A stretch of 64,000 nt of DNA from Callorhinchus milii (taxonomy: Eukaryota): positions 18,664,001 to 18,728,000 of the forward strand of contig NW_024704742.1 of assembly GCF_018977255.1 (NCBI RefSeq), in the 5' to 3' direction. Made by a program: the position numbers and the translations under genes. The notes under the pieces are model-generated. The model saw only the letters and a program-made list of their open reading frames with translations. It did not search any database and was not told where the DNA came from. This document shows, one piece after another, positions 25,225 to 38,829 of the stretch; position 1 is the first letter of the stretch, and the number at the start of each line of letters is the position of its first letter.

Positions 25225-25600
25225 TAATAGTAATGATAATCCTTGCATTTGGTATAGCACCTTTTCACTTCAGGAAGACGTTCCAAAGCATTCAAGAATT
25301 GGCTGTGGAATTAAGTGCCTGTGGATTTTAGACAATGAAGCAGCCCAATTGCATACAGCAATGTCCCAAAGACAGCCATGAAATGAATGAGCAACTTTTA
25401 TTTAAGGGGATTGTTAGCCTTGGACACCAAGAGAAATTCCCTTCCCTTCCCTTTTCAAATAGTGTCATGGGATCATTAACATCTCACCGAACAGGCAGAT
25501 GGGACCTCAGGTTTAATGTTTCATCCGAAGGACAGCACCCCGACAAAGTAACTCCCCCCAGCACTGCATTGGAGTGTCAGCTTAAATTATGTGAATTCAA
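25225..25600 (-). mobile_element. DeuSINE (SacSINE1-like) relic
   Basis: ttcaaatagtgtcatgggatc...cagatgggacctcaggtttaatgtttcatccgaaggacagcacc...gcactgcattggagtgtcagc matches the Deu domain, plus tail. Confidence 0.85.
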
Positions 25601-25704
25601 GTCCTTCCTTTTCTTCTCTGCAAGTCAATATATTTATTGCTTCCCCAGCTGAGATCTTCCCATCAAGACAGTTCTAGAATCCAATCTGGGACCTTTCCAT
25701 TTTA

Positions 25705-25991
25705 TAATATAATCCTTGCATTTGGTATAGCGCTTTTCACATCTTCTAGACTTCTCAAAGCGCTTCACAGAAGTGAATTGACTATATTTGTGGGCAAAAC
25801 ACGGCAGTCAATTATGCACAGCAGTTTCCCACAAACAGTCGTGGATTGAAGTGACCAAATGTTTTTTCTTGATGGATTATTATCAGGCGTGTAGAATAAG
25901 GAAACTTGCGCAAGGTTTCGCCCTTCCTGGAATTGAATCCAGGTCTCTCGCTTGTGAAGCAAGTGCTCTAACCACTGAGCTACAGGACTCC
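25705..25991 (-). mobile_element. SINE form A, full length (moderately diverged)
   Basis: Reverse complement starts ggagtcctgtagctcagtggttagagcac and lacks the B segment. Confidence 0.92.
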
Positions 25992-26269
25992 TCAAATGAT
26001 GACTGATGACCCAACTCAGTAAGTAAACATAATGAAACAGTGACAAAGTTTCAAAGTTTATTTATTTAAGTTGGAGCTTTATAATGGGTTTTAATGCCAT
26101 ATTTGACTTATTTTAACATCTATTCACCTTGAAACGGATACTCAATTTATTAGTTTGATTATATAATGAGCTGTATTTGAAAGGTAAAGCTAGGTTAAAC
26201 ACTTGGGTTGGATTATTTTTAAGCATTTAGGGTTTCTGTTTTTATAACTGATTATATTATTGTTTCATA

Positions 26270-26500
26270 TGGATGTTAAAGAACCCATGGCACGCTTCAA
26301 ACTAGTTTAACTAGTGTCCTTTTATCCTCAAGATAAAACTGATCATTCAATTCATGGCTGTTAGTGGCGTATTGATGCGTACAAATTGGCTTCTGTGATC
26401 ACTTACAAATGCACAGTCACTACACTTCACAGCAATTCCCTGCAAAGAGGCTTAGAGGCATTTTGATCTTATAAATATTATATCAAATGCAAGGATTATT
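26270..26500 (+). mobile_element. Old DeuSINE 3' part
   Basis: ggatgttaaagaacccatggcac...acaaattggct...tatcaaatgcaaggattatt. Confidence 0.65.
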
Positions 26501-28542
26501 CTAATTCATGGAAAGCTGGATTCCAAATCATCATACCAACTGGGAATGATACAGGGCACCCAAAGATGTAACATAAATGGAAATTAAAAAAGGAAGATGA
26601 ATGCAAAAATAGCAATAATATTTAAAATGTTTCATTAAATAGCGAAATAGATCTGTCAATGTCTTACTTATCTCCAGTAACAGTCACTGTTTCTGAGGGA
26701 ACAAAGAGATATTTTGCAATGTCTGATTCACTACATACAAAAATCCCTATTGATTTCTCTGATTGCAATCTATCTCATTGCTTTTTTCTCAAAACCTCTC
26801 ATCGTATCTAATCTCCCGATCTTAATATTGGTAACACACCAATGAATCAGATAAAAACATAAATTACGTGATTGAAACTTAATAGGCTTATGAATATTCT
26901 CCATCATTTGAGTGCATTTGTTATTAACACAAAAACAGATGGACCGACCGCAGAACCACAGAGCCCTTTGCAAAGAAAGGAGGATGAGAAGATGGATTTC
27001 CAATTCAACTATAATCAATTTCAGAGGTCAGTCCACAATAGGTGAAACTCCTTTATCTTCACAAATCATTGATTTGAGTTTCTGAGATTCAACATTTGGA
27101 GAAGTTTCAAAGGATTCATTCAGTTTGACATGTGAAATAACTTGTATTGAACTACACGAGTATTACCAAGATGAAAACTGTCATGAATAGACTGCAGTTC
27201 AATACAATACGTGACCATTGAGGTTATTTAGAGATACATCTCAAAGAAGTGAAAAGGCGCTATACCAAACTTCAAGGATATTTATTAATGCTGTTATTAT
27301 TATTGTCTTGTAAGAAATGGTTTTGGGGATTTACAGAGAAGTATGGGCCATTGGAAAAACAATATCTTTCTGGATGTATCAGAACCACAGTTGAGTATAT
27401 TTTTACGCACACACAGTGGTGTGACATTCTTTCGATTTTACAGTATTGTCACAAATGTAATGAGGGTGAGATACCATTGAAAATCCAGTGCACCTAACAT
27501 AAATCCCAGTAATATTAGAATTTTCATCTCAAAATAACCTCAATGGTCACGTTTTCTATTGAAATGCAGTCTATTCACAGAAGTTTTCATCTTGGTAATA
27601 TGATATTTGCTGGTATCCAGAGATTGTTTTCAATTAGTTCTGCAAAACGAACAATTCATTTATCTAAACCCATCCAGGGAAACGGTTATGTCATGCAAAC
27701 TTATTTAATAATTTTGTCTGAGAGATATGATGTTATTTGGTTCCTTGAAGGAGAAAATAAATCAAACAAAAGAAGGATCACCAGTTTTTAAGTAAATTAA
27801 GAACCAATGAATGTGTCCAGAAAATGTGTGAACAATCTAATTTTACAGTCAAGCCTCAAGTCACATCGTGTTCAGATAAAAGATAATCCAATGAACACAT
27901 TGGCAGGCCTGTTAGCCTGCCTAGAATTGGGTTATACAAAGTAAAGCAAACTGCTGTGGATCTCAAACTCAAACCAGATCATTGGAACATGTGAATTGGG
28001 AAGATTGATCAACAGGTACATTTGAAATATCTAATCCTTATTTGTTTGTTCATAGAGACATTTGGGAAATAGACAAAATAGATGAAATGTAAGAAACTAT
28101 AGTTAGGGCTGACCCTTTAAATGAATGTAAAGAGTGACTAAAAAGTCTTATTTTTCAGCTGCCCTATTATCTAAAAAAATCATGATTTCTAAGACTTATT
28201 AGACGTTATAATGGTATTATGACTTTTTGGTCACTCTGTATCATCGAGAGCAATATGTCCTGACAAGCACTAGAGTTATGCAGGCCAGAATGAATCCAGA
28301 AAACTGTCAGACTTTAGCGATAAGCCTCAAGATTAAATGATCACTAAGATAAATGAGACCTACTGCAATAAAGTTCACTATTCATTCACTATTGTTCAAG
28401 CACACAAATTTGAAATTTTACATTCCCTTCCCTATTGCCCATAAGTGCTGGTTTAGATATATAAATACATATATATGCGTAATACTACAAGATACATGAT
28501 AGCTCATTTACCAAATAGCTATACACTTTTTTTTAATATATT

Positions 28543-28745
28543 ATAATAATAATAATAATAATCCTTGCATTTGATATAGCGCTTTTCACATCGGGAGGAC
28601 GTTCCAAAGCGCTTCACAGAACACACTGTAAAGTGAATTGACTGTATATTTGTGGGCGAACGCAGCAGCCAATTGCGCACAGCAATGTCTCACAAACAGT
28701 CGTAGATTGAAAATGACCAATTTCTTTTTGTTTTTGGAGGGATTA
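28543..28745 (-). mobile_element. SINE form A, 3' part, ending at an N (probable assembly join)
   Basis: Near-consensus sequence up to the n at 28746. Confidence 0.92.
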
Positions 28746-30282
28746 NTTTTTTTAATATATCGAATTTGTGTATTTTATTTACTTTTTATGGGTCATGTTG
28801 AAATATTACGCCATTCATATAATGTATTACAAGGTGGGGGTTAAGGTAAATGTGCTGAATGTCAATACGTTTTTTAGGATTTTCACCCCATTGAAGATTA
28901 AATCGATGCAAATTATATGTTTGATAAAATTAGTTAAGTTCTTAACTGCAACTTCATTGGAGGTCTGTGATTTAGCTCCTACTGTGACCAGATGGTAATG
29001 CAGTTAAGAATTACTGTACAGCCATGAGAATGTTTAATATTTACCAGTCCTGCAAAGGCTCTGTTAACCATTCTGAAATACTCTAGTCAATCCAAATAGA
29101 TCCTTATTAGATGTGTGTATTTTTGATTTAAAGTAATATATGTATAATTTTTCTCAAATATTTGGTAATTTAATGACACTTCAATACTTCCAAAAGCATT
29201 ATTCATTTTGAATGATCTCTTATTCAGTTACCTATAATCTCTCAGTATTATAAATGCAGGAATCTGCACTCTTACCTCTTTTGTTTGATACTTGATGAAA
29301 ATGAAATAAAATTGATCTTGGCAAATTGTTATTTACCATGGATGAGTCATCCACTCATGATGCTTCCAATAATGGAATGGAAGCAGAACATGTTATACAA
29401 TTATACTAATATAGCATCTTTCACATTGGGAGAATGCCTCAGGCCCTTTCATAGGATTTAGTGTAAACTGTAGTGACTGCTTCTTTTATAAGCAAACACA
29501 ACAACCAATTTGCACACAGCAATGTCCCACAAATAGTCGTCATGACGTGAATGATCAATTTTATCTAGTGGATTGTTGACCAGAATGCAACTACCAATTG
29601 AATCAGGCATATGCATGTAAATATGTTAATACTGTATATTACAGGAGACACCACTGAGATACCATTACCTTAGTCAACCTAATAAGCTTATACTTCAAAA
29701 TAATCATGAACTAAACGTACAAAGCTTGCAGTTTTAAATCCTACTACCAACAACTTATGATGTGTATAGTCCCTTAGACTCACTTTACATCCAACCTGGT
29801 AGTTATAAACAGGAAAAATGCACCCAGGCAGCGCACAAAGCTAAGATCATATTTTCTATTTTTATAGTAATTATGGTTAGTTACAAGCAATGGGATGTAA
29901 GGAGAGTTATGTAAACAACTATAGCAGGAATGAGCACATTGACGGTTTAACAACATTATTTTTTTGCAATGAGAGCGCTGAATTATTTCTTATGGTTTTT
30001 GCTATATATCATTATAGGGAGGTAGAAGGTTTATTTGTTTCTATTTTATTTATTTTTATTTATTTATTTGAATCTCATAGTAGGCTGTGCTAATCACATA
30101 TATGGTTTTGATGTTATTTATTGAAAAGATATAAATGTGAATTTACAGTGATCATGTCAGTTTGGACAACAAGGAACTACAGTATTATATTAGTCTCCTT
30201 AAGTTTAATGAATCTTTTGCGTGTATTGAAAATAGGAAAGCCCATTCTAAGCATACCAGCAAAGTTTTGTTACAGTTAATAG

Positions 30283-30455
30283 TAATAATAATAATCCTTG
30301 CACTTGATATAGTGCCTTATCATGTGTTCGAGATGTCTCAAAGCGCTTTGCAGAATATACCGTAAATTAAATTGACTGTATATTTTTGTGGGCAAAATAC
30401 GGCAGCCATTGGCGCACAGCAGTGTCCCACAAACAGTCAAGGATTGAGTGACATA
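30283..30455 (-). mobile_element. SINE 3' half
   Basis: taataatccttgcacttgatatagtgcc...cagtgtcccacaaacagtc. Confidence 0.85.
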
Positions 30456-30849
30456 ATCATTTTCTGACAGGTGTTATTATATGCTGTTCACTTAATGAAT
30501 GGCACATACTAACCTCTATTAGAAATATAACCTTGGGTCAAAATTAAGATAAATATCTCCTGCATAGTTGTTCTAAAATCTACAATTATCATTCACTTAT
30601 ACATCTATTTATTTTAAAGACACTGGTATTGTGTTCCAGGAAAAAAATGCTAATCCATTATTTACACTGAACTGATTTTAAAGCAGCTATTGATTGTACT
30701 GCATTAATCTAAATTCAATGTGCTTGAACCTTACATTGTATTAAACAGAATCCAATCCGAGGAAAATAAAATAAAATAAATAAAGAAAATAAAGATTTCA
30801 ATTCACTTTTGCTGAAAGTTGAACTTCACATCCTCTAAAGCAACAAGCC

Positions 30850-31118
30850 CCTGTTTACCTAACAGTACTTAGGAACCCGGTTGTTAGGTGGATTGCTTTT
30901 CGGGGTGATAATCCCTTCAAAGATATAAATAAATAAAAATAATAATTTGTTCACTCAATTCACGACAGTTTGTGGGACACTGCTGTGCGCAATTGGCTTG
31001 TGGGGTTTCACCCACAAAATATACAGTCAATTCATTTTACAATATATTCTGTGAAGCACTTTGAGAGTCTCAAAGACGTGATAAGGTGCTATATCAGATG
31101 CAAGGATTATTATTATTA
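30850..31118 (+). mobile_element. SINE form B, 5'-truncated
   Basis: ctgtttacctaacagtacttaggaacccggttgttag... plus tail. Confidence 0.88.
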
Positions 31119-31159
31119 GAGCTTTGTCTTACAGAGTTAATATTAGCTGCGAGGGAAAA

Positions 31160-31330
31160 ATCCTTGCCCCAGTGACTGCTCTTCCAGGTCCTGGTGATAA
31201 GCCAGGCTGGCTGGGGTGTCATCAGCAGTGCTCGGATTATTGTGGACCTGTCTAGTTCAGGAACTGGACTAGGGAGACTATCACAGAGCGTTGGCTCAAT
31301 TCTGATATTCTGTTGCCAAATATGTCTCTT
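31160..31330 (+). repeat. Unclassified interspersed repeat, copy 2
   Basis: Homologous to 5205-5380. Confidence 0.7.
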
Positions 31331-31789
31331 TGAGTCACTTCAGCTCCAAATGATTTTTTTAGATTGAATCTGATCTGCTTGACAGTTGTGTGTCAAGGAG
31401 ATCAGATGTTGGTATTTATCTGGATCCGATCTACTATTGGCAAGGCACATGATGAAATATGAATACTTACTGTTTAGGCTCTATTAAATTGAACACTGAC
31501 AATAAACTACATTGTATGGGAATAGATTTGATCTACCAACTGTTAACAATACAGTACATTGAACTGAATCCAATACATCTTCTGTCAGCAATAGATTGAA
31601 ATTAATCAAATCTTTTTGTTGTCTTTATTATCAAGAAATGAACTCAATTTATTACTTGGTTACATCAACTTTAACTTATTACAATTTCCAAGTTGGCAAT
31701 GCTCTATCTCATCTATGAATCCAGACATGACTAAAATTACTATTCATATCTATAATCCCTAATAGAATAATATCATTGTGATTTCCATT

Positions 31790-32230
31790 TGTCTGGAATG
31801 GTGTGTGCATTTTCTCTCACAAGAAAACACTCTGTTCACTTAATCTCAGAAAGTATTAGTGCATAAAGTTGGAAGATCCAATGCTTGGGTAGCCCAGAGC
31901 ATGAGTTGGGTTGCTGCTGGAGTTTAACCAGTTAGTGCATTTTGCACCGTGAACCTTATCTGGCAAGCTTCCCATTGCACCCAGTTAGAACCACATTACC
32001 CATTAGATCTTTGGCTTGCATGGTTAACAGGCGCTGAGTGGGTGAGTGGGAACAATCTTAGCCCCCAGCTGCTGGTTTGCCCCTCCAAGTACTTCTTTTC
32101 CTGCGTCATCCATTGTCAACAGTGCCTTGGAGTACTGTGTACTGGCATCTTGATTCAGTAATCTGGAACTCGATCACTGAGACCACCACAGAGGTTTGAT
32201 ATAATTCTGATATCACATTGGAACTTATTT
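31790..32230 (+). repeat. Unclassified interspersed repeat, copy 3
   Basis: Homologous to 4945-5370 (ggagt.taaccag.ta, ctggcaagct, taacagg.gctgagt). Confidence 0.65.
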
Positions 32231-32765
32231 AGCACCAAAGTAACCCTTCAAATGAAATGTTAAACTAAAGTCCTGTCTGCGTATTCAGGGTCAAGTTAAA
32301 GTTTCCATAGAACTATTAGAACAGAGAAGGAATGTCTTGATCCCGACCCCAGCTCAGGTCAGAAACACTGACTGTCCAGGTCCTCGGGTGAAAGGCACTA
32401 TACAAATATAATTTTGTTGTTGTCGTTGTGTCTGGCAACAATCCTAAGCAGCTCAGCAGGAGAGGTTGTGGTGGATTCAGGCAATGTTGTGGTGGTAAAA
32501 GAAAGCTGAGCAAGTGACAACCCAGATATAAGGCGCAAAGGGCAGTTGGGTATCAAATAAGATGCTGAGATTGCATATCAACTGAGGTTGTGTGAGCACC
32601 GTGCAGACCAACGAGATCAGTGCCTGATGTGAGAAGGTGCTGGTGCGAGGCAAACAAGAAATCTCGGTCTTGATCAAAATCCAAAAAAATCACCATTAAT
32701 ACATTCTTAACTGGTTGGTGTTTTGCAGTCCCATGAAGAGCTAGTAAATGCAAAGGAAGTACTGT

Positions 32766-33080
32766 GGAGTCCTGTAGCTCAGTGGTTAGAGCACTCACTT
32801 TGCAAGCGAGAGACCTGAGTTCAATTCCAGGCAGGGCGAAACCTTGGGCAAGTTTCCTTACTCCACACAGAGCCTAATAATAATCCTTCCAAAAACAATA
32901 ATAAATTGGTCATTTTCAATCTACGACTGTTTGTGGGACATTGCTGTGCGCAATTGGCTGCCGCGTTCGCCCACAAATATACAGTCAATTCACTTTACAG
33001 TGTGTTCTGTGAAGGGCTTTGGGACGTCCTCCCGACGTGAAAAGCGCTATATCAAATGCAAGGATTATTATTATTATTAT
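32766..33080 (+). mobile_element. SINE form A, full length, young
   Basis: Near-identical to the other A copies; (TAT)n tail. Confidence 0.96.
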
Positions 33081-33309
33081 ATTGTCATTTGGCATACTGA
33101 AAAGGTAAAATCTCAAATTCAATACAAAGGGACTCTTGCACTTTTCCAGTAGAAGTGATAATACTGATATCAAGGGGAATGGCTCTTTATCGATGGACTT
33201 TGTGGTCATATTTCCCTGGAAATTATTACTATTCATTCTAGTAGTAAATCAGTGTATAGACATGAGATTTTCATAACCAGCCCAGAAAAAACACTACAAA
33301 TTATGCTGC

Positions 33310-33555
33310 TTTCAGCTTCTCTGCCCCCACACTCTGGAACTCCATCCCACGGTCCCTTGTCTTGCTTCTTCAAGTCTGGTCTCAAAATCCTTCTCTTCGA
33401 TCATGCCTTTGGTTCCCTCCCACCTCTCTGCCTTCCCTCACCCCTACACCACCCCTACCCCATGCTCGGGCCCCGCCACCTGACGGTTCAGCGCTTTGGG
33501 ACGTCCTCCTGAAGTGAAAGGCGCTCTATGAATGTAATTTTGTTTTTGGTGTTGC
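33310..33555 (+). mobile_element. L2 LINE 3' end
   Basis: ttcagcttctctgcccccacactctggaactcc...cagcgctttgggacgtcctcctgaagtgaaaggcgc. Confidence 0.85.
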
Positions 33556-35602
33556 TTAAAAGTATCACAGAAAACTGGATTTCTATTGCAACCAGCAGAT
33601 AATATTGGTAATGGAATCCAGTCATATTATGATGTATAAACGTTGGACGAGGCAATATAAGTGGTGTCATTGAGATCCTACCTCCAGTTACGGCATGCAG
33701 TCTGAGGCATTTTGTGCCTTTCAAGGAAATGCATTCAACAATGAGCTGTCATTGTAATTAACTCTAGAGAAACAGAAGATTTCATTGTAACATACTGAAA
33801 GTTTGTAATCCTGGAGGAGATAACATCATGTTAAATGCAGAGTGTGAGAAATATGTTTGAAAGAAGCGAATTGTCAAGAAGAATACTGCCCTGTTTACAG
33901 AATATCACACTTGTCACTGTCTCACTGTAACTACCATTCTGTTTCTATGGTACAGCCATTACAGTGCTTAAAGAAATAGTGTTGAATAATATAAAATCAA
34001 TAGATGATAGACTAATCTGTTTTAGGAAATGAAAAGCAATGAATTGCACCTTATGTATCTTATTGTAATAATCACAGTACTTACATTTGACTTAGCACCT
34101 CCTCATGTTGGTGAAGCATCTCAAAGATCTTCACAGGACATACTATGAATAGTGCCATGAACAGGTAGATCTGAAGGATTACGCCTTCATCATGCAGCAC
34201 CACCCACCCCTCCACCCCCACCACCAGCACTGCACTGGATTGTCACCCATAACAAACTCCGCACCCCTTTCACCCCAGTACTTGCCACAATCCACAAGCT
34301 AGAGTTGGAGGTTAAAATCCTAACATGGGGTCCACAATTTTCCGGCTCAGAGGTGAGAGTGCTACCGAGTGGGCCAGGCAGATACCGAAGTTACACATAC
34401 GCAATAAAGAAACTTATGGGATCAATATGCATGGTCTGAACCTGGATTTTAAAATTAGTTTTCACATCGAAACATCTCAAAATTCTTTGCAGGAATTGCT
34501 CTAAAGTGTAGCAATTTAAAGTGTGGCCAGCTTGAGGAAATTATTATTTTAAACGCCTCAATCTTCTCTGCCACAACGGAAAGAAACTATTCTAGCTTTT
34601 TCTCATAGCTATATCATTTCATCACTGATATTATTTTCATGAACTTACACTGCAACCATCCAGCTAATATGCTTTCCATAATGTGCCACACAAAACTGAG
34701 ACCTGGCTGACAAAAGCATATAGGATAGAGTCCAGGCAGTGAATCCCGGTGGTCTGTGTGTCTGTGAGGAGCATTATTACCAGGAACAACCTTGCCTTCA
34801 ATCCACAACCACATTCGAATACAATGCAGCAGAAACCATTAGATATCAATCAATCAGAGAATGTTGCAACATAGAATCAGAACAATTGGTTGATCAGGTT
34901 TGTGATGATTTTCTCCACACAAGCCAGCTAGTATAATCCCACTTTCCTGCTCGCTCCTCCTAACTTTTTACTAGTCTTCCTTTTTGTGTATCCATCTTAA
35001 TCCCTTTTTAAAATAATGCATGTCTTCTGCTTCGTTAACGGTCCACGACAGAGAGTTCCACATTGCCGTTTCAGTTACACTCAGGTTTGCACTTATATCA
35101 CCTTAACCATTGGAAAAGATTTGCACTTTACACTTTAATAAACTTTTTTTGGGGGGATGGGGTGGGAGGGGGACTACTTACATAACACAAGGCTGCCAAT
35201 CCCCCGCACATTGGTTCTCAAACACTCTGTTACAGAAAGTAGAGGAACAGCATGTCCAGCTCACAATCACCCACACAAATCTCTAATTCTGGCATTGTTA
35301 GTGAAGCAAGCTAGGCAATTCGTTACAGCAAAGCCTTTCTGAACCTCCTCCTAGCAAACAGAAAGAGCCCTGGGACTGTATGTTCATGCTTCTGACAGGG
35401 CCATGTTGCCTTGTTTCAGGGGAAATAGAGAGTTAAAAGAGAACACATACACACACAGACTTGCATTTGACATAGCGCCTTATCACATCGTTGAGAAGTT
35501 TCAAAGCGCTTCACAGAATATATTTTAAAGTGAATTGACCATATATTTTGTGGGCGAAATCTGGCAGTCAGTTGCGCACAGAGTTAACTCACAAATAAGA
35601 AC

Positions 35603-35933
35603 ATAATAATAATAATAATAATAATAATAATCCTTGCATTTGATATAGCGCTTTTCACGTCAGGAGGACGTCCCAAAGCGCTTCACAGAACACACTGTAA
35701 AGTGAATTGACTGTATATTTGTGGGCGAACGCGGCAGCCAATTGCGCACAGCAATGTCCCACAAACAGTCGTAGATTGAAAATGACCAATTTAATTATTG
35801 TTTTTGGTTTTGGAGGGATTATTATTAGGCGTGTGGAGTAAGGAAACTTGCCCAAGGTTTCGCCCTGCCTGGAATTGAACTCAGGTCTCTCACTTGCAAA
35901 GCGAGTGCTCTAACCACTGAGCTACAGGACTCC
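35603..35933 (-). mobile_element. SINE form A, full length, young
   Basis: Reverse complement near-identical to the A consensus. Confidence 0.96.
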
Positions 35934-35935
35934 AC

Positions 35936-36307
35936 AACATAACATAACATAAGAACATAAGAAATCCTAGATGAAAAAAGACCAAGGTCCATCTAATTCG
36001 CCTTGCATCTTCCTGGTGGTCGCATGCACATATGTCCCAAACTACCTATGTACTGTATCCGATAATGTTATTTCCTAAAAGAAAACTATCTAATCTGTGT
36101 TTGAAAGAATCAACACTTCCTGCTTCACCCGTCTCCCTAGGGGGGAGCCTGTTCCACAGGTTCACTATTCACTCACTGAAATAGTGTTTAGGTAGATTCT
36201 TTCAATTGAGGGCCGTGTCCTCAGGTTCTACAATTCTGGACAAGTTGAAACAACCTGTCATGATCTATATTGTCTTGCTCCTTTAGAATCTTAAAGACAG
36301 CAATCAT
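35936..36307 (-). mobile_element. CR1 LINE 3' fragment
   Basis: Reverse complement of a CR1-type (TTCTTATG) tail (cataagaacataagaa); minus strand encodes IAVFKILKEQDNIDHDRLFQL..TRGHG-like CR1 C-terminus. Confidence 0.8.
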
Positions 36308-37959
36308 GAATTGTGGACTGAGTGGCCAAACTATTATTTTATTTTGAAGGGATTATTACTCCCAGAAAAAGATCTGGCAATCAGCTAAATAAAACTGAGT
36401 TCCTACTTACTGCTAGGTAAACAGTGACGTGTGGAGCAAGAAAACTTGCCTAAGATTTCACCCCGCCTGGGAATCGAACCCGGGTCCTCTCGCTTGGAAG
36501 GCACATTCTGTAACCAATACGCTACAGGAGAAGAGAAAATAAGGTAGTGGGAAATAAAATAAAACAATCAAAGTGCCTATTTCTATCCCCATATGTTTCT
36601 CTTTGGTGGGAAATGTTTACTTTAATCTTAATGAGCTGTAAATTACTTTAAAATTCAAATGCTGTCATGATTTCCAGAGATTTTTGAAAACCATATGAAA
36701 CTAAGTCGGCTTTTCTATAGAATTTCCTGTTGTACCATTTACAGAAAAGGAATGCATTGAAGCAATTTAAAGAATAATAAGGACTTGAGTGGATTCTCAA
36801 TTTGTGGTATTGTGGAATAAAAAATCTTAAACAAGCAATTCATGCCTTCAGTTCTGTTGGGTTATGGCACTGATAAACTGCTGGCTTTTTATTAGTTTAA
36901 CAACCCGAATAGCTATCAGACTCTTCACTAACATTGACAACAGATACAATCATTATAAATTAACCTGGGAACAATGAGGAATATACAACTAATGAATGAA
37001 TATTTCAGAGGCTTTTGGTTATTAGTCTCTAAATTAAGAGTGTGTTCCTCCTTCACTTTTGTATTAAGAATTCGAAGCAAGCATTTAATTTTCAGTGAGA
37101 CTTACAATGTGTGGAGAAATCTGCTATGTCATCTTTCCATGCAAATATAATGTCTATTCAGTCAGTATGCCTACTTGTGATTCTGCACAGTACAAACACT
37201 GACAGAATTGGTATGCACTCCAGAATGCAGTTGCTGGAGAAATAATAATCACTTAAATTATATTTTCAAGTATAAATTGTGCACCTGAAATATTTGATGT
37301 TTTAACAAAATGTCTTAATTGTAAACTGCAGGATAAAATGTTAAGCCTAATAATAATCTTCATCAGTAAACTGTACGAGAGAAAGAGAGAAGATAGCTAT
37401 ACTGGGTGAGATTGCACAGTGTTAGAGGTCCAAAATTAATGAAGAAAAATTAGATTATTTATCAGTGGCAATCGAGTCGTTCCCTCAACTCTCCACTCTC
37501 TCCTCCCCACAGTGCTTTATTACAGTTTAAATCTGTACACTACAGTAAATCCTCAGCCTTGCAAACACAGCCAATGCAATATTTTCCCCTAAAATTTCAC
37601 ACATTCAATATGTAAATTTTTGATTATAAATTCCACCGCTGGCACAAATCACTCCATGTTTTATGGCTGACATTTTCATTAAGAATAAATAAATGGACAG
37701 TTGAAACTGTCTTTAATTTACTACCCCCTTTTTGAGACCATAAAATGAATACAAAAATTCTCACTAATCTGTTATGCATCATATTAATGTTAATATTAAT
37801 ATTAATGTTAATTACCACACCACGTATCGCTTTCTCCACCCGAAATTTTCATTAGTTCAAAACCAGCAATACAAGCTCATAAGCTCAGATTCATAAGATT
37901 GACAAGACTACATTGTAGATGAGACCACACTGATATGCAGCAATATACAAATTTTAAAA

Positions 37960-38130
37960 ATTGGACATTCACTCCATAGCTGCTTGTGGGACACTGCTGT
38001 GCACAATTGTCTGAATGCTTTTCGCCCATAAAATACAGTCAATTCACTTTACGGTATACTCTGTGAAGCGCTTTAAGATGTCTCAATGACGTGATAAGGC
38101 TCTATATCAAATGTAAGGATTATTATTATT
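37960..38130 (+). mobile_element. SINE 3' half
   Basis: gtgggacactgctgtgcacaattg...aaggattattattatt. Confidence 0.85.
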
Positions 38131-38829
38131 AAAACATTTGTTAAGCAAGGAAGTGACTGCAATAGACATTGACTCAACAGTACCCAGATCAGTGAACTCA
38201 TCCGTATTGCTCCAAACATTAACTAAATTACTTAAATCATATTAACCTTCAAACATTGATATAGGTTAAGATTTATTCTTGTCTACTGTATAATTCTTGC
38301 AGTAATCCATGTAACAGTTCAAAATGATCAGTGTTATCTTAGTTAATTGGATCCATGCCTCCAATAATAAAGAAATTAGTTTGTGCACCATCATAATAGA
38401 ACTACAAACTGTGTTAAAACTATGTGGGATTCTGTGAAATTGTGTTATTCCAACCAAAACTAACCTTCCTGTTTACACTAATTTATTTCCAGATGACAAT
38501 AAATCAGTATAAAAATTAAATACAGTTGTGATTCCCTTCCCAGGATGAATGTTAGAGGCACAAGTTGAAAACAAGTCCATTAACACTGAATAGGACCTTA
38601 ACTGTAGATGAGCTTCACTCTTATTTCTATTTCAGAATGTTTCAATTGCTTACTCTCCCACTATCTGAAAAAAATGACTACAAATACACAGTCCTGCCAC
38701 TTTAGAGAAATGGTGTGCCTCTCTCAACATTACAGGTATGATACCAAATGCACAGGCTATTATTATTATTGTTATTATGATAACACTAACCATAATGTGA
38801 GCAATGGAGAGAGCAATTGTTATGCGTCA

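Larger units (their letters stand above)
35458..36529 (-). mobile_element. SINE form B split by nested CR1 and SINE-A insertions (host pieces ~35458-35595 and ~36308-36529)
   Basis: The host breaks at ...cacaaa and resumes at ..ttgtggactgagtggccaaa. Confidence 0.88.

Noticed and set aside
28740..28760. Abrupt 5' truncation of a young SINE-A
   Set aside because: Coincides with an N at 28746, so probably an assembly join
32844..33152. Recurring ORFs MGKFPYST...NWSFSIYDCLWDIAVRNWLPRSPTNIQS (also at 12377, 35655, 49521, 60423) suggesting a multicopy small-protein family
   Set aside because: All lie within copies of the same non-coding SINE, begin at TTG and end in the (TAT)n tail; frames differ between copies
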